Below are positions 8,009 to 18,041 of a DNA stretch of 61,200 nt, one piece after another. Within the stretch, counting starts at the first letter, position 1; each line of letters begins with the position of its first letter. Source of the stretch: Chloroflexota bacterium (GTDB lineage: Bacteria > Chloroflexota > Ktedonobacteria > Ktedonobacterales > JADMIN01); contig JAKAIY010000003.1 in NCBI GenBank assembly GCA_021814145.1, positions 1-61,200 of the forward strand, written 5' to 3'. The notes under the pieces are model-generated. The model saw only the letters and a program-made list of their open reading frames with translations. It searched no databases and was not told the DNA's origin. The position numbers and the translations under genes are program-made.

Positions 8009-10138
8009 CTAACTGCCCTGGGGTGTGGCGGCCCGCAGCGCATAGACCTGGCGGTCGGCGCTGCCGACATAGACAACGCCCTGGTCCACAACTGGCGAGC
8101 CGGGAACGATTCCGTCTGACATGAAGCGCCAGCGCAGATTGCCAGTGGCCGCGTCAAGCCCGTAAATGGAGCGGTCTATGCAGCCGAAATAGACGACGCC
8201 GCCCGCGACGAATGGCGTCGAGTTGATCTGGTGGCCCGCGCGATAGCGCCACTGGCGGCGCCCAGTGCGCTTGCTGAGGCAATAGAGGTGGTTATCGGTC
8301 GAGCCAATGTACAGATTATCACCCACGATCACCGGGGACGAGAGCACGAACTTTTCCGTGCGCTCCTCCCATGCGCGCCAGCCGGATTTGGCTTCCAGAC
8401 AGTAAACCGTGAAGTCTGAGGAGCCGATGTACACGTAGTCGCCATCTACCCACGGCGTGGAGATAATGCCGGCGTTTGTGCGGAACGACCACTTTTTCTC
8501 GCCGCTCTGCGCGTCCACCGCGTACACATAGTCATCGCGTGAGCCAAAGAAGATCATGCCATTCGCATGCGCCGCCGATGAGATCACCTCGCGGAAGGTC
8601 GCGTAGCGCCAGAGCTGCTGGCCGGTGCGCGGGTCCAGCGCATACATCGAGCCGTCGTCCGAGCCAACATAGAGGCGATCGTTGAAGATGCGTGGTGACG
8701 AGCGCACATAGCGCGAGGTGGGGAAGCGCCAGGCCAGCACGCCAGTCTGCGCGTTGAGCGCGTAGACCGCCGCGTCCTCAGAGCCGACAATCACCAAGTC
8801 GCGCCAGAGCGCGGGCCGCGCGCAGATCCCATCCCCAGTCGCGAACTTCCACTTCAGTTCGCCGCTGCGGCGGTCGAGGGCGTAGAGGTATTTGTCATAT
8901 GAGCCGATGTAGAGCGTATCAGCGGAGAGCAGTGGCGTCGAGCGCACCTCATCGCCTGTCATGAACGTCCACAGGACATCCGGGCCAGTGTGGAGCGAGC
9001 CAGTCGGGCCAAGGGGAGGCGCCCACGTGGAGCGCGGGTGGCCGGTTGGGCGCACGGCGCGGAAGACGCCGGTGTCATCCACAGGGGCCAGCCCCAGCGC
9101 GCTCTCGATGGCGCGCGCCAGCTCCTCGCAGGTCTGGTAGCGGTCTTCCTTCTCGATGGCGACGGCCTTCATGATGACGGCCTCCATCGCCTCGGAAATC
9201 GCGGGATTCAGCTTGCGCGGCGGGCGCTCGACGAAGGAGAAGGGCGCGTTCGTACGCGGATCGCTGCGGGTCAGCAGGTGGTGCATCGTCGCGCCGATGG
9301 AGTAGATATCGGAGCGCGGCTCGGCCTGCCGCATATACTGCTCTTTGGCGGCGTAGCCATTCGTGCCGACATTGGTGTTTTCCTGACCTTCCTGGAAGGC
9401 TTTGGCGATGCCGAAGTCAATCAGGATGATCCGCTCCTCTGGAGTAATGATGATATTGTTGGGCTTGAGGTCCCGAAAGATCACTGGCGGGCGCTGGCGG
9501 TGGAGATACGACACGATCTGGCAGAGCTGAAGCATCCAGTCCCCAACCTGCTCCTGCGTCAGGAAGCCGGTGGTGCGGTTGAGCCGCTGCTCCAGGTTTT
9601 CGCCCTCGATGAACTCGAGGACGATATAGGCGCGACGCCCTTCGACGAAGGTATCGAACACCTCAGGGATGCTGTCATGGTTCAGATCGAGCATCACCTG
9701 CACTTCACGGGTGTAATTGACCAGCCCCGCCTCCGGGTCGCCCATCTGCGGGATCATCTCCTTGATCGCGCGCACGCGGTTCAGGCGCGTATCAATTCCC
9801 CGGTAGACGTGGCCCATTCCGCCCTTGCCGAGGATCGCTTCGATCAGGTAGCGTCCCTCTTGCAGCCGTGTGCCAGGGGCCAGCTGATACTGGAAGCGGT
9901 CGTGAAAGTTGGCGGTATCTTCGGCGCTCTGGTCTGACCGACCCGGGCGGATCGGCTGCGCGGGCTGGAAAGCCGGCCCACCCGACTGGATGGCCGTCCC
10001 GGGCGTGAAGGGCTGGCTGGGCACACTCCCTCCGCGCGCGTCGTCGGGCAGAAAGCCCGAGTTTCCGCGGGGATCCCGCGGAGCGCGCGGATCGGGCGGA
10101 TTACCACTCTGATCTCCGGGAAACCTGTTCATGCGCAT
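8009..10138 (-). CDS. Hanks-type Ser/Thr protein kinase with C-terminal PQQ/BamB-like beta-propeller repeats
   Basis: GKGGMG, AIKE, FRDLKPNN, LIDFG; about 8 repeats of YxGSxD..YALD..G...W; no TM segment seen. Confidence 0.92.
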   Translation of the reverse strand: MRMNRFPGDQSGNPPDPRAPRDPRGNSGFLPDDARGGSVPSQPFTPGTAIQSGGPAFQPAQPIRPGRSDQSAEDTANFHDRFQYQLAPGTRLQEGRYLIEAILGKGGMGHVYRGIDTRLNRVRAIKEMIPQMGDPEAGLVNYTREVQVMLDLNHDSIPEVFDTFVEGRRAYIVLEFIEGENLEQRLNRTTGFLTQEQVGDWMLQLCQIVSYLHRQRPPVIFRDLKPNNIIITPEERIILIDFGIAKAFQEGQENTNVGTNGYAAKEQYMRQAEPRSDIYSIGATMHHLLTRSDPRTNAPFSFVERPPRKLNPAISEAMEAVIMKAVAIEKEDRYQTCEELARAIESALGLAPVDDTGVFRAVRPTGHPRSTWAPPLGPTGSLHTGPDVLWTFMTGDEVRSTPLLSADTLYIGSYDKYLYALDRRSGELKWKFATGDGICARPALWRDLVIVGSEDAAVYALNAQTGVLAWRFPTSRYVRSSPRIFNDRLYVGSDDGSMYALDPRTGQQLWRYATFREVISSAAHANGMIFFGSRDDYVYAVDAQSGEKKWSFRTNAGIISTPWVDGDYVYIGSSDFTVYCLEAKSGWRAWEERTEKFVLSSPVIVGDNLYIGSTDNHLYCLSKRTGRRQWRYRAGHQINSTPFVAGGVVYFGCIDRSIYGLDAATGNLRWRFMSDGIVPGSPVVDQGVVYVGSADRQVYALRAATPQGS

Positions 10139-10366
10139 TTCTCCCTTGCCACGCGGGATAGTTGAGCCATTCAGCAAGCGTCCCGCGCTTATCCTGTGGA
10201 TTATGGGACGCCCAATTCAAGGATCCATTCTTCAAGCGACATCACAACGCATCGCGACATCAACGCATTCCATAAGGTTTAGAACGTACCTGTAGCTGTT
10301 GTGTTCGCGTGTGACGCCCGCTGGCTGGCTCGCCAGGGTTCCATTCTATCACGCGGCGCCCTGTCG

Positions 10367-11863
10367 CTACAGTGTATTGGGCGGCAATTGGCTGAGCGCG
10401 GCGCGCGCCTGGGCCGCGTATGGGCCATCAGGCTGAAGGGCGAGCGCCGTGCGCAGGTCCTCGGCGGCGGGAATGGTATCGCCAGACACAGCGGCGTAGC
10501 GGCCCAGGTAGAGCCACGGACCGGGATCGGTGGGATCGAGCTGGCGCGCGAGCTGGAATACGCTCTGGGCAAAGCCTGTCTGGCCGAGCGCGTTATAGAT
10601 CAGCCCTTGCAGGTAGACCAGCCGCTCGTTCTGGGGGAAGCGGAGGATGCCGTCGCGCGCGGCCTGTAACGCGGTTCCATCATCCATGCCAAGCCCTTGC
10701 GCCAGATAGAACCTGACGAGCGTGATGGTGGCGTCGGGACTGTCGCTCTCCTGGGCGGCGTTCTGGTAGGAGAGCTCGGCGACCAGGTACTGGCCCGAGG
10801 CGAGCGCGGCGTCGCCCGCGGCGCTCCAGAGCGTGGGGTTATGCGCGTCGTTGAGCAGCCCCGTCTGAAAGTACTCCAGCGCGAGGGCCGCTTTCCCGTC
10901 GTGAAGCGCTACCTGCCCGGCGGCATAGTAGGCGAAGGGCAATACCGGCGCCTCAGCCAGCCCGGCGGCGATCTGCGGGCGGGCCGCGGCGCGCTCGCCC
11001 AGAATCCAGAGGGTATAGCCATAGTAGGCGTGGGCGGCGCCATCGCCAGGGGCGAGCGCGACGGCGCGCTGGAATGGTCCCAGCGCCAGCGCGGGCAGCC
11101 CCAGCGAGAGCAGCGCGTGCCCAATGCCTTCCCAGTCAACCGCGAAGCTGGGTGTCCGCTGATCGAACAGGAAAACGCCCGTGTCGCGCAACTGGAGAGC
11201 GAGGCTGGATGTGGAGCCCGCCACCCTGGCGAGATGCGCCTGCGCGATGGCCGCGTCCCCGCGCGCGAGCGCCAGCAACCCCAGATGCGCCGACGCCAGC
11301 TCGCCCAGCGCCCCGTCAGGCGAGATTCGCGCCCAGTCGCTGGCGGCGGCGTCGAGCAGTCCCAGGCGCTCGTCGCGCTCCGCCAGCCGCGCCCAGGCTT
11401 CCGACAGGCCAAGCCGCGCCGCCTGCCGCCACGCGGCGGCGCCATCGCCCGCGCGGCCGGCCGCGGCGAGGGCGTCGCCCAGCGCCAGCCAGGCGTCCGC
11501 GTCATCAGAGGCCAGCGTGACGCATGCCTGGTACGCCGCCACAGCCGCCGTGAATTCTCGCTGGAGGGCGAGCGTCGCGCCAGCCGCGCAGGCGGGACGC
11601 GGGTCGCCTGGGACCTCCGCGCGCGCCTCGGCGTAGAGCGCGAGCGCGCGGTCATAGCGATAGACGGCGCGCTGCTCCGTCGCGGCGTTGAGCAGCGCCG
11701 TGACGCCGGGCCGCTGGGGAGCCAGCGCCACGACCAGCGCCAGCGCCACCAGCGCCAGCGCCACCAGCGATTCCGCGCGGTGGCGCGATGGTTCTCCGCT
11801 GGCCGTGGGCGAGCCTTTCCGCCAGGCGGCGGCTGAGGCGGTCTCTGGTGTATATGAGCGCAT
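10367..11863 (-). CDS. Tetratricopeptide repeat protein with N-terminal membrane anchor
   Basis: LVALALVALALVVALAP anchor followed by multiple TPR-like helices (e.g. AWLALGDALAAAG, PWLYLGRY). Confidence 0.8.
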   Translation of the reverse strand: MRSYTPETASAAAWRKGSPTASGEPSRHRAESLVALALVALALVVALAPQRPGVTALLNAATEQRAVYRYDRALALYAEARAEVPGDPRPACAAGATLALQREFTAAVAAYQACVTLASDDADAWLALGDALAAAGRAGDGAAAWRQAARLGLSEAWARLAERDERLGLLDAAASDWARISPDGALGELASAHLGLLALARGDAAIAQAHLARVAGSTSSLALQLRDTGVFLFDQRTPSFAVDWEGIGHALLSLGLPALALGPFQRAVALAPGDGAAHAYYGYTLWILGERAAARPQIAAGLAEAPVLPFAYYAAGQVALHDGKAALALEYFQTGLLNDAHNPTLWSAAGDAALASGQYLVAELSYQNAAQESDSPDATITLVRFYLAQGLGMDDGTALQAARDGILRFPQNERLVYLQGLIYNALGQTGFAQSVFQLARQLDPTDPGPWLYLGRYAAVSGDTIPAAEDLRTALALQPDGPYAAQARAALSQLPPNTL

Positions 11864-12124
11864 TGATACGCCTTATTCTACTCGCGCGTTATCCAACATA
11901 GGGCGTTAGGGTAGACGCATAACCACTTCGCCCCATGAACGTTTACTAACTGGTAGATGCCCTCTACAATACCACTGAGCCAGCCAGGCCTCTTTTCATG
12001 ATGAACACGCTGCGCCGTCATCATGTTCAGAGCGCGCCAAGGCGCCGGGGTTCGGACGGGCGAGAACAAGCGGTCTCAGCCATCGCAGCGATCATAACCC
12101 GACACCTCGGGTAAAGGAGGAATT

Positions 12125-12898
12125 GTGGGACCAGTGGGTGGGGCGGCAAACGCCAGCCAGGGAATGCGCTGGCGCGTTGGAACGCGGGGGATAGGGCCGG
12201 CGCGCGGCCAGTCGCTGGTAGAGTTCGCGTTGGTGTTGCCGCTGTTCCTCATGCTCATCTTCGCCGTCGTGGAATTTTCCCTCATCAACACGGCGATTGG
12301 CGCCTATAACTATGCCGCGAAAGACGCCGCGCGCCTCGGCGCGATCCTTGGCCCGGCGCCGACGACCCCGGGCGCTGATCAGCAGATGCTGGCGCTCATC
12401 CTCTCGCATGTGAGCGCCATCCCTGCCGCTACGCCCTATGAAGTGATTATTTTCCAGGCCACGGAATCGGGGACATATTCCACCTCCGCTCTACAGGACC
12501 AGTACTTTTATAACGCGAATGGCACCTGGACAGCTGGGACGCTAACCTGGCAGCCGGGTAATTCTTCCTGTGGCGGCCCCACTGGCTGCCGGAATGACTC
12601 GCTCGTCTCGCAGGACTATCTCGGAGTCCTGATCATCTATCACTACACCTATGTGACCGCGCTCCTGAGCTCTCTTGGCGCGACGATCACGTTACAGGCG
12701 CTTTCCGTGCAGCGCATCGAACCGCAGCAAATTTATCACCGGCCCGCGCCGGAGACAGGGGCGTCCATCGCCGCGCTCAATCCGCCCGGTCCGCGACAGC
12801 CCCTGTTGGTCCTTGCCGCGCTCATGCCACTGTGGGCCTTCACGACGCGGCGCGTGTATCGAATGGGCCGCATGAACGGAAAGGAGGGGCAGGGATGA
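12125..12898 (+). CDS. tadE: TadE-like pseudopilin
   Basis: Prepilin motif RGQSLVEFALVLPLFLMLIFAVVEF, then AAKDAARLG; AAAGGAGG RBS before GTG. Confidence 0.85.
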   Translation: MGPVGGAANASQGMRWRVGTRGIGPARGQSLVEFALVLPLFLMLIFAVVEFSLINTAIGAYNYAAKDAARLGAILGPAPTTPGADQQMLALILSHVSAIPAATPYEVIIFQATESGTYSTSALQDQYFYNANGTWTAGTLTWQPGNSSCGGPTGCRNDSLVSQDYLGVLIIYHYTYVTALLSSLGATITLQALSVQRIEPQQIYHRPAPETGASIAALNPPGPRQPLLVLAALMPLWAFTTRRVYRMGRMNGKEGQG

Positions 12899-13527
12899 AA
12901 AACCCGCGCACGGGACTCTGCCGCGTCAGCCGTGGCCAGGCGCTGATCGAGCTGGCGCTCTTCTTCCCGCTGTTGATGTTCATGGTCATCGGCGCGACGG
13001 ATATCGCCGGGCTGCTCGACGATCACCTCAGCATTGTCTACGCTGCCCGGACGGGCGCGCGTGTCGGCTCGGTGATGGGGGACAATCAATACGCCGACTG
13101 CGCGGTCATTGGCGCTGTGCGGGCGGCCCTGGCCAATAATCCCAACATCACGTTGAACCAGATCACCATTTATGACGCCCAGCCAGATGGGATAGATCCT
13201 GTCTATTACAACGGCAATCTCAACGCTCCGCTCGAGGACGTCTATCCTGGCTCAGCGAGCTGTATCTCCTCAAGCCCGAACAGCGGGACGATCAGCGTGG
13301 CTCCAACAACGTACAACTGGCCGCCGAATGGTGGCGGCAGCCTTAACACTCCACCGCGCGACGTGACGCCTTTCACGGAATCGTCCATCGGCGTAAAGCT
13401 TGATTACACCTACACGTTCTCGTTCACGCCGTTCGGAGGCGGCTCGTTCGTTTCGAGTGATTACGTGGTCATGCCGCTCGAAGTCATCATCATTGATAAC
13501 GCGACACCGACGCCAACGCCACAGTGA
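12895..13527 (+). CDS. tadE: TadE/TadF-like pseudopilin
   Basis: RGQALIELALFFPLLMFMVIG, then AARTGARVG; ATGA overlap with the upstream gene. Confidence 0.85.
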   Translation: MKNPRTGLCRVSRGQALIELALFFPLLMFMVIGATDIAGLLDDHLSIVYAARTGARVGSVMGDNQYADCAVIGAVRAALANNPNITLNQITIYDAQPDGIDPVYYNGNLNAPLEDVYPGSASCISSSPNSGTISVAPTTYNWPPNGGGSLNTPPRDVTPFTESSIGVKLDYTYTFSFTPFGGGSFVSSDYVVMPLEVIIIDNATPTPTPQ

Positions 13528-13642
13528 TGAGCCTGGAGACAAGCGTGCGATATTTTCGCGTGGAGATCATCAGGGCGCCGCTGGGCGGCATGGCGTCGTC
13601 GCCAGACACGAAACGCGACTCGACATACGGGGAGAAAGCGGG

Positions 13643-15859
13643 ATGTGGCAATCAGTTACCAGCCGGCGGCTGGCCCGCTCACTGGCGCGGGCCAGCGCGC
13701 GGGCGGCGCGTAGGCCTGACCGCGCGACGAGACGTCGCGATCGTGGGCAGACCCTGGTCATCTTCGTACTGGTCTTCACCGCGCTGATCGGCTTCCTTGG
13801 CCTCGCGATTGACACCGCGCGCGTCTACGACCTCTACGCGCGAATGCAGCGCGCGGCGGAGGCGGGCGCGCTGGCGGGCGTGATCTACATGCCAACCTAC
13901 TACACAAACACCCTTCCCTCGTCTCCATACGATAACGCGATCTGCCGCGCGCTGCAGGAAACCTCGAAGGATGGCTTCGGCACGTACTGCGACCCGTCCA
14001 CCCTCTCACCCATACCAGCTACCCCATGTCCAACACCGCAGTCTACTATCGAGATCGCAGTCTGCCCGACCAGCCAGCCGCATCAACTCCAGGTCTTTAT
14101 CACTGAGAGCATTAATCTCACCTTCCTCAGCGCGCTTGGCCTGGGAGGGCTTACGCTGACTGTCAGCGCCACGGCGGACTACATCCCGCCGGTGAATGTG
14201 GGCGTAGACCCCACCAACCCTGGCGGCACAGGCACCTGGGGCACGTTCGGCTCGTGTGGCTACGCGGCCTCATCGGCATGCTCGACAGGTGTGCGCAACT
14301 GGGCGGGCAATATCAATGGCCCCGGTGAGCTTAAAGAGCAGGGCGACCCGCTGGTGACCTGCGAAGAAGGGTCCTCCGGCCTCGATCCCGCGAACGCGAG
14401 CAATTATGGCTCGATTGACACAAACGCGGCTTCGACCATCAGCCCTCCCTCAACGACACCGTATACCACCTATACCGGCTTGCCGACCAATCACCCGCAA
14501 TACACTGACTACACCGCGACGAGTGGCGACGGCGGACAAGTGCCCGCGAATTGCGCCAACTCTGATCAGTCGATCGCTCTCACCGGGCCAGCCTATATGG
14601 GTGGGCCACAGCACGTCGGCTATGCCTTCTACGTCAACATTCCGGCTAATGACCCTGGCGAAGATCTGTGGGTCTGGAACGCTCCGTTCTCTCCCAACTC
14701 AGGGAACAGCTGCAATGGGCGTACAGGTGGTCAGAACCAGACGTCATACGACGTGTTCTACTTCTATAACTGCAAGGGCAGCAGCCATTCCCCTTACTAC
14801 TTCTATCCGGGGACGGCTTCAGGCCTGCCCTGCAACTCGACGGTCCTCGCCCCGAGTTCCCTGCCGAACAATAATCCCTACCAGTGCGAAGACCCCAACC
14901 TGTACTTCACCGTCAGCTACACGATTTACTCGATAGCGGATAGCGCTGATCCCGCCCCGATCAGTGGCCAGCCCGTGACGACGTTCACCGCGTTGCCCTA
15001 TGAGGTCAACGATATCTCCAACTGCGACTGGCAGCCACACTCCAGCTTCTACAGCTCTCCCACTGCCCCAGGCGGATGTGTGGCTTCCGACTGCATTGCC
15101 AAGTGGTGCCCGGTAGCCAATAGAATTGGCGATACCGGCTCGCTCTGGTCAGGCGTCAAGCTTGGCCCGGGAAAATACCGCGTCATGGTCGTCGCCGCGG
15201 ACTATGGTGATCCCTCAAACTTCAACATGGGCTGGGGTGGCCATTCGTACAGTCTGCGATTGTGTCCCGACGGAACGACGCAGGGCAATGTGCCGGGCTG
15301 CACTCCCTATAATGGGGCCTACGTCGCTGGGTGGTCGCTCACTGACGCGCTGTTCGCCTTCCCTGGCAACGGCAAAGGCAATGGCTCCTCGCAGACCACG
15401 GAGTACCCACTCGGGTACATCGGGCAGGAATACGCTGGAGAAACAATAAACGTCCAGCTCTACGACCCAGGCGACCTCAATGGCACGAACAGCAGCGCCA
15501 AGGGCTACACTATCTACGCCGTGGCGCCGCCGCTCGCGCCGGGAGCCTCCACGAGCGATCCCTGCCTCATTTCGAGCTCCGATCTCGCCCTGGCAGGCTT
15601 CTCATCGAGCAGTTACTTCTTCCCGTATCATGAGCGCCCCGCCGCATTCTCCAGTGCGCTCACCGGCCTGGAGGGCTCTTATAACGGCGACCTCCTCTAC
15701 AACGGCCTCTGGACTAGCATCCAAGTCACAATGCCGAGCACCTACACCGGCGGCGACTGGACGCTCTGCGCCATCGCGCCGCAAACCAACGACAGCGATG
15801 TGGTCGGCGTTATGGTTGACTCGCTGAACGCCAGCCCGGTCCACCTGACTGGCGCCTGA
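13643..15859 (+). CDS. tadG: TadG-like pilus protein with a large Cys/Ser/Thr/Pro-rich extracellular domain
   Basis: RGQTLVIFVLVFTALIGFLGLAID...MQRAAEAGALAG (Tad N-terminal domain). Confidence 0.8.
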   Translation: MWQSVTSRRLARSLARASARAARRPDRATRRRDRGQTLVIFVLVFTALIGFLGLAIDTARVYDLYARMQRAAEAGALAGVIYMPTYYTNTLPSSPYDNAICRALQETSKDGFGTYCDPSTLSPIPATPCPTPQSTIEIAVCPTSQPHQLQVFITESINLTFLSALGLGGLTLTVSATADYIPPVNVGVDPTNPGGTGTWGTFGSCGYAASSACSTGVRNWAGNINGPGELKEQGDPLVTCEEGSSGLDPANASNYGSIDTNAASTISPPSTTPYTTYTGLPTNHPQYTDYTATSGDGGQVPANCANSDQSIALTGPAYMGGPQHVGYAFYVNIPANDPGEDLWVWNAPFSPNSGNSCNGRTGGQNQTSYDVFYFYNCKGSSHSPYYFYPGTASGLPCNSTVLAPSSLPNNNPYQCEDPNLYFTVSYTIYSIADSADPAPISGQPVTTFTALPYEVNDISNCDWQPHSSFYSSPTAPGGCVASDCIAKWCPVANRIGDTGSLWSGVKLGPGKYRVMVVAADYGDPSNFNMGWGGHSYSLRLCPDGTTQGNVPGCTPYNGAYVAGWSLTDALFAFPGNGKGNGSSQTTEYPLGYIGQEYAGETINVQLYDPGDLNGTNSSAKGYTIYAVAPPLAPGASTSDPCLISSSDLALAGFSSSSYFFPYHERPAAFSSALTGLEGSYNGDLLYNGLWTSIQVTMPSTYTGGDWTLCAIAPQTNDSDVVGVMVDSLNASPVHLTGA

Positions 15860-16026
15860 TTCAGCATAGCGCCGCTTGCCCGCTCGACGCGCCCGCGCCG
15901 GGCGGGATACACTATCCTTGGCCTCATGCCCCGTCCCCGCCGCTTCTGGTGCGGAAGCGGCGGGGACGCGCCGCGCCAGTGGGGCGCGCGTATCGCTGGG
16001 TGAGGCCTCACGTGATTCAGGACCCT

Positions 16027-17088
16027 ATGCGAATCAGCGATTTCGACTATATCCTGCCTCCCGAGCGTATCGCGCAGACGCCTGTCGAGCCGCGCGACAG
16101 CGCCCGGATGCTCGTCGTCCACCGCGCAACGGGCGCGCTGGAGCACCGTGTCTTCCGCGACATCGTGGAGTATCTGCGTCCCGGCGACCTGCTGGTGGCC
16201 AACCAGAGCCGGGTGCTGCCCGCGCGCCTGCTGGGCTCCAAGGAGGGCAGCGGTGGGCGCGTCGAGCTGCTGCTGCTGGCGGCGCGCGCTGACCTTGGCC
16301 CCGACCGCTGGGAGGCGCTTGCGCGGCCCGGCAAGCGCATCCATGCCGGTCAGCGGCTGGCCTTCGGCGACGGCGCGCTCATCGCGGAGATCGAGGGTGA
16401 GACTGCCTCCGGTGAGCGCATCGTGCGGCTGGTCCCGCGCGAGGGGACCGTGGCGGAGGTGGTGGAGCGCGTGGGCGCTACGCCCCTGCCACCCTACATC
16501 CATGAGAAGCTGGCTGATCCGGAGCGCTATCAGACCGTCTACGCGCGCGAGCCTGGCTCCGCCGCCGCGCCCACCGCTGGCCTGCACTTCACCCGCGAGC
16601 TGCTGGAGCGCGTCGAGGCGCTGGGCGTCGGCGTCGCCTACGTGACGCTGCACATCGGCCTGGATACCTTCCGTCCGGTGGAGAAGGACGACCTCAGCGA
16701 CCATGTGATGCACAGCGAGTGGATCGAGGTCAACGAGGAGACCGCGCGGCGTGTCAACGCCACCCGCGCGGCGGGCGGGCGCATCATCGCCGTCGGCACC
16801 ACCTCCACGCGCACGCTGGAGGCTGTGGCGGCGCTGGCGGCGGAGCGCGGCGCCCCCGCGGGCGAGGTCATCATCCCCTACCAAGGCCGCACCGCGCTGT
16901 TCATCACCCCAGGCTACCAGTTCCGCGCGGTGGACGCGCTCATCACCAACTTCCATCTGCCCCGCTCGACCCTGCTGGCGCTGGTCAGCGCCTTCGCCGG
17001 GCGCGAGCTCATCTTGCGCGCCTACGCCGAGGCCATCGCGCGGGAATACCGCTTCTACAGCTTCGGCGACGCGACGCTGCTGCTCTGA
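16027..17088 (+). CDS. queA: S-adenosylmethionine:tRNA ribosyltransferase-isomerase
   Basis: DFDYILPPERIAQTP, PLPPYI, YQTVYA, AAPTAGLHF, TNFHLPRST, YRFYSFGDA. Confidence 0.97.
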   Translation: MRISDFDYILPPERIAQTPVEPRDSARMLVVHRATGALEHRVFRDIVEYLRPGDLLVANQSRVLPARLLGSKEGSGGRVELLLLAARADLGPDRWEALARPGKRIHAGQRLAFGDGALIAEIEGETASGERIVRLVPREGTVAEVVERVGATPLPPYIHEKLADPERYQTVYAREPGSAAAPTAGLHFTRELLERVEALGVGVAYVTLHIGLDTFRPVEKDDLSDHVMHSEWIEVNEETARRVNATRAAGGRIIAVGTTSTRTLEAVAALAAERGAPAGEVIIPYQGRTALFITPGYQFRAVDALITNFHLPRSTLLALVSAFAGRELILRAYAEAIAREYRFYSFGDATLLL

Positions 17089-17266
17089 GGCCGCTCGTCC
17101 CGTACGCCATTCATCCGATACCCCGGCGCGCCGGGCCGCGCTACACTCGGCAAGAGGCTTGCGACTTCCCGGCGCCGTGGAGCGTATACCCTACGACAGA
17201 CGCGCGCTTTCCACACACCACAGGTCGCACGGAAGCGGCGGCCACCAGAAGAGGCGCTCACCAGAC

Positions 17267-18022
17267 ATGCATGTCATCCTTGATCTGGTCACTACCTACG
17301 GCTACATCATCGTGCTGCTGGTCGTCATGGCCGAGAGCGCGGGCGCGCCGGTGCCTGGCGAGACATCGCTGCTGCTGGCGGGCGCGCTGGCGGGCGCGGG
17401 CCAGCTCTGGCTGCCCGGCGTCATCCTGGCCGCCGCCACGGGCGCCATCCTTGGCGATACCGCCGGCTACTGGATTGGTCGCCGCTATGGCATACCTTTG
17501 CTGCGGAAGCACGGACGTCTCTTCCGCTTCGATGAACTGAAGCTGCGCCGCGCGGAGGCGTTCTTCGCCCGCCACGGCGACAAGACCGTCTTTCTGGGCC
17601 GCTTCGTCCCGATAGGGCGCATCTTCAGCGCCGTCCTCGCGGGCGTCAGCCACATGGAATACCGACGCTTCCTGCTCTGGAACGCGACCGGCGGCATCGT
17701 CTGGGCCAGCCTGATGGGGACGCTGGGCTTCCTCTTTGGCAAACAGCTTCCGCTCATCGAAACCATCGTCCAGCGGTTCGGCTTTGGCCTGCTGGGCGTG
17801 ATCGTCCTGGCCGTGCTGGTCCGCGCGCTCATCGCCCGCCGCGCGGCCTGGGCTCCCGCGCTGCGCCGCGCCACACGCGCGCTAACAGAGCGCGCCAGCG
17901 CCCTGCGCGGCTTCATCGTCCGCCCGCTCACACCACCGCTGGCCTGGTCTCCCCGCGCATACGTGATTGGCGGCGGCGCGCTGCTGGCGATTGGCGGCGC
18001 CATCGCCATGCTGCTGATGTAG
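17267..18022 (+). CDS. DedA-family membrane protein
   Basis: ESAGAPVPGET, GDTAGYWIGR, FLGRFVP motifs. Confidence 0.92.
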   Translation: MHVILDLVTTYGYIIVLLVVMAESAGAPVPGETSLLLAGALAGAGQLWLPGVILAAATGAILGDTAGYWIGRRYGIPLLRKHGRLFRFDELKLRRAEAFFARHGDKTVFLGRFVPIGRIFSAVLAGVSHMEYRRFLLWNATGGIVWASLMGTLGFLFGKQLPLIETIVQRFGFGLLGVIVLAVLVRALIARRAAWAPALRRATRALTERASALRGFIVRPLTPPLAWSPRAYVIGGGALLAIGGAIAMLLM

Positions 18023-18041
18023 CGGCCCGGCGCGCCTCCGC

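Noticed and set aside
12146-12190. c-di-GMP-I riboswitch ahead of the tad genes (GGCAAAC)
   Set aside because: No GNRA-capped P2 or CGCAAAGC/P3 element, and it lies within the probable CDS.
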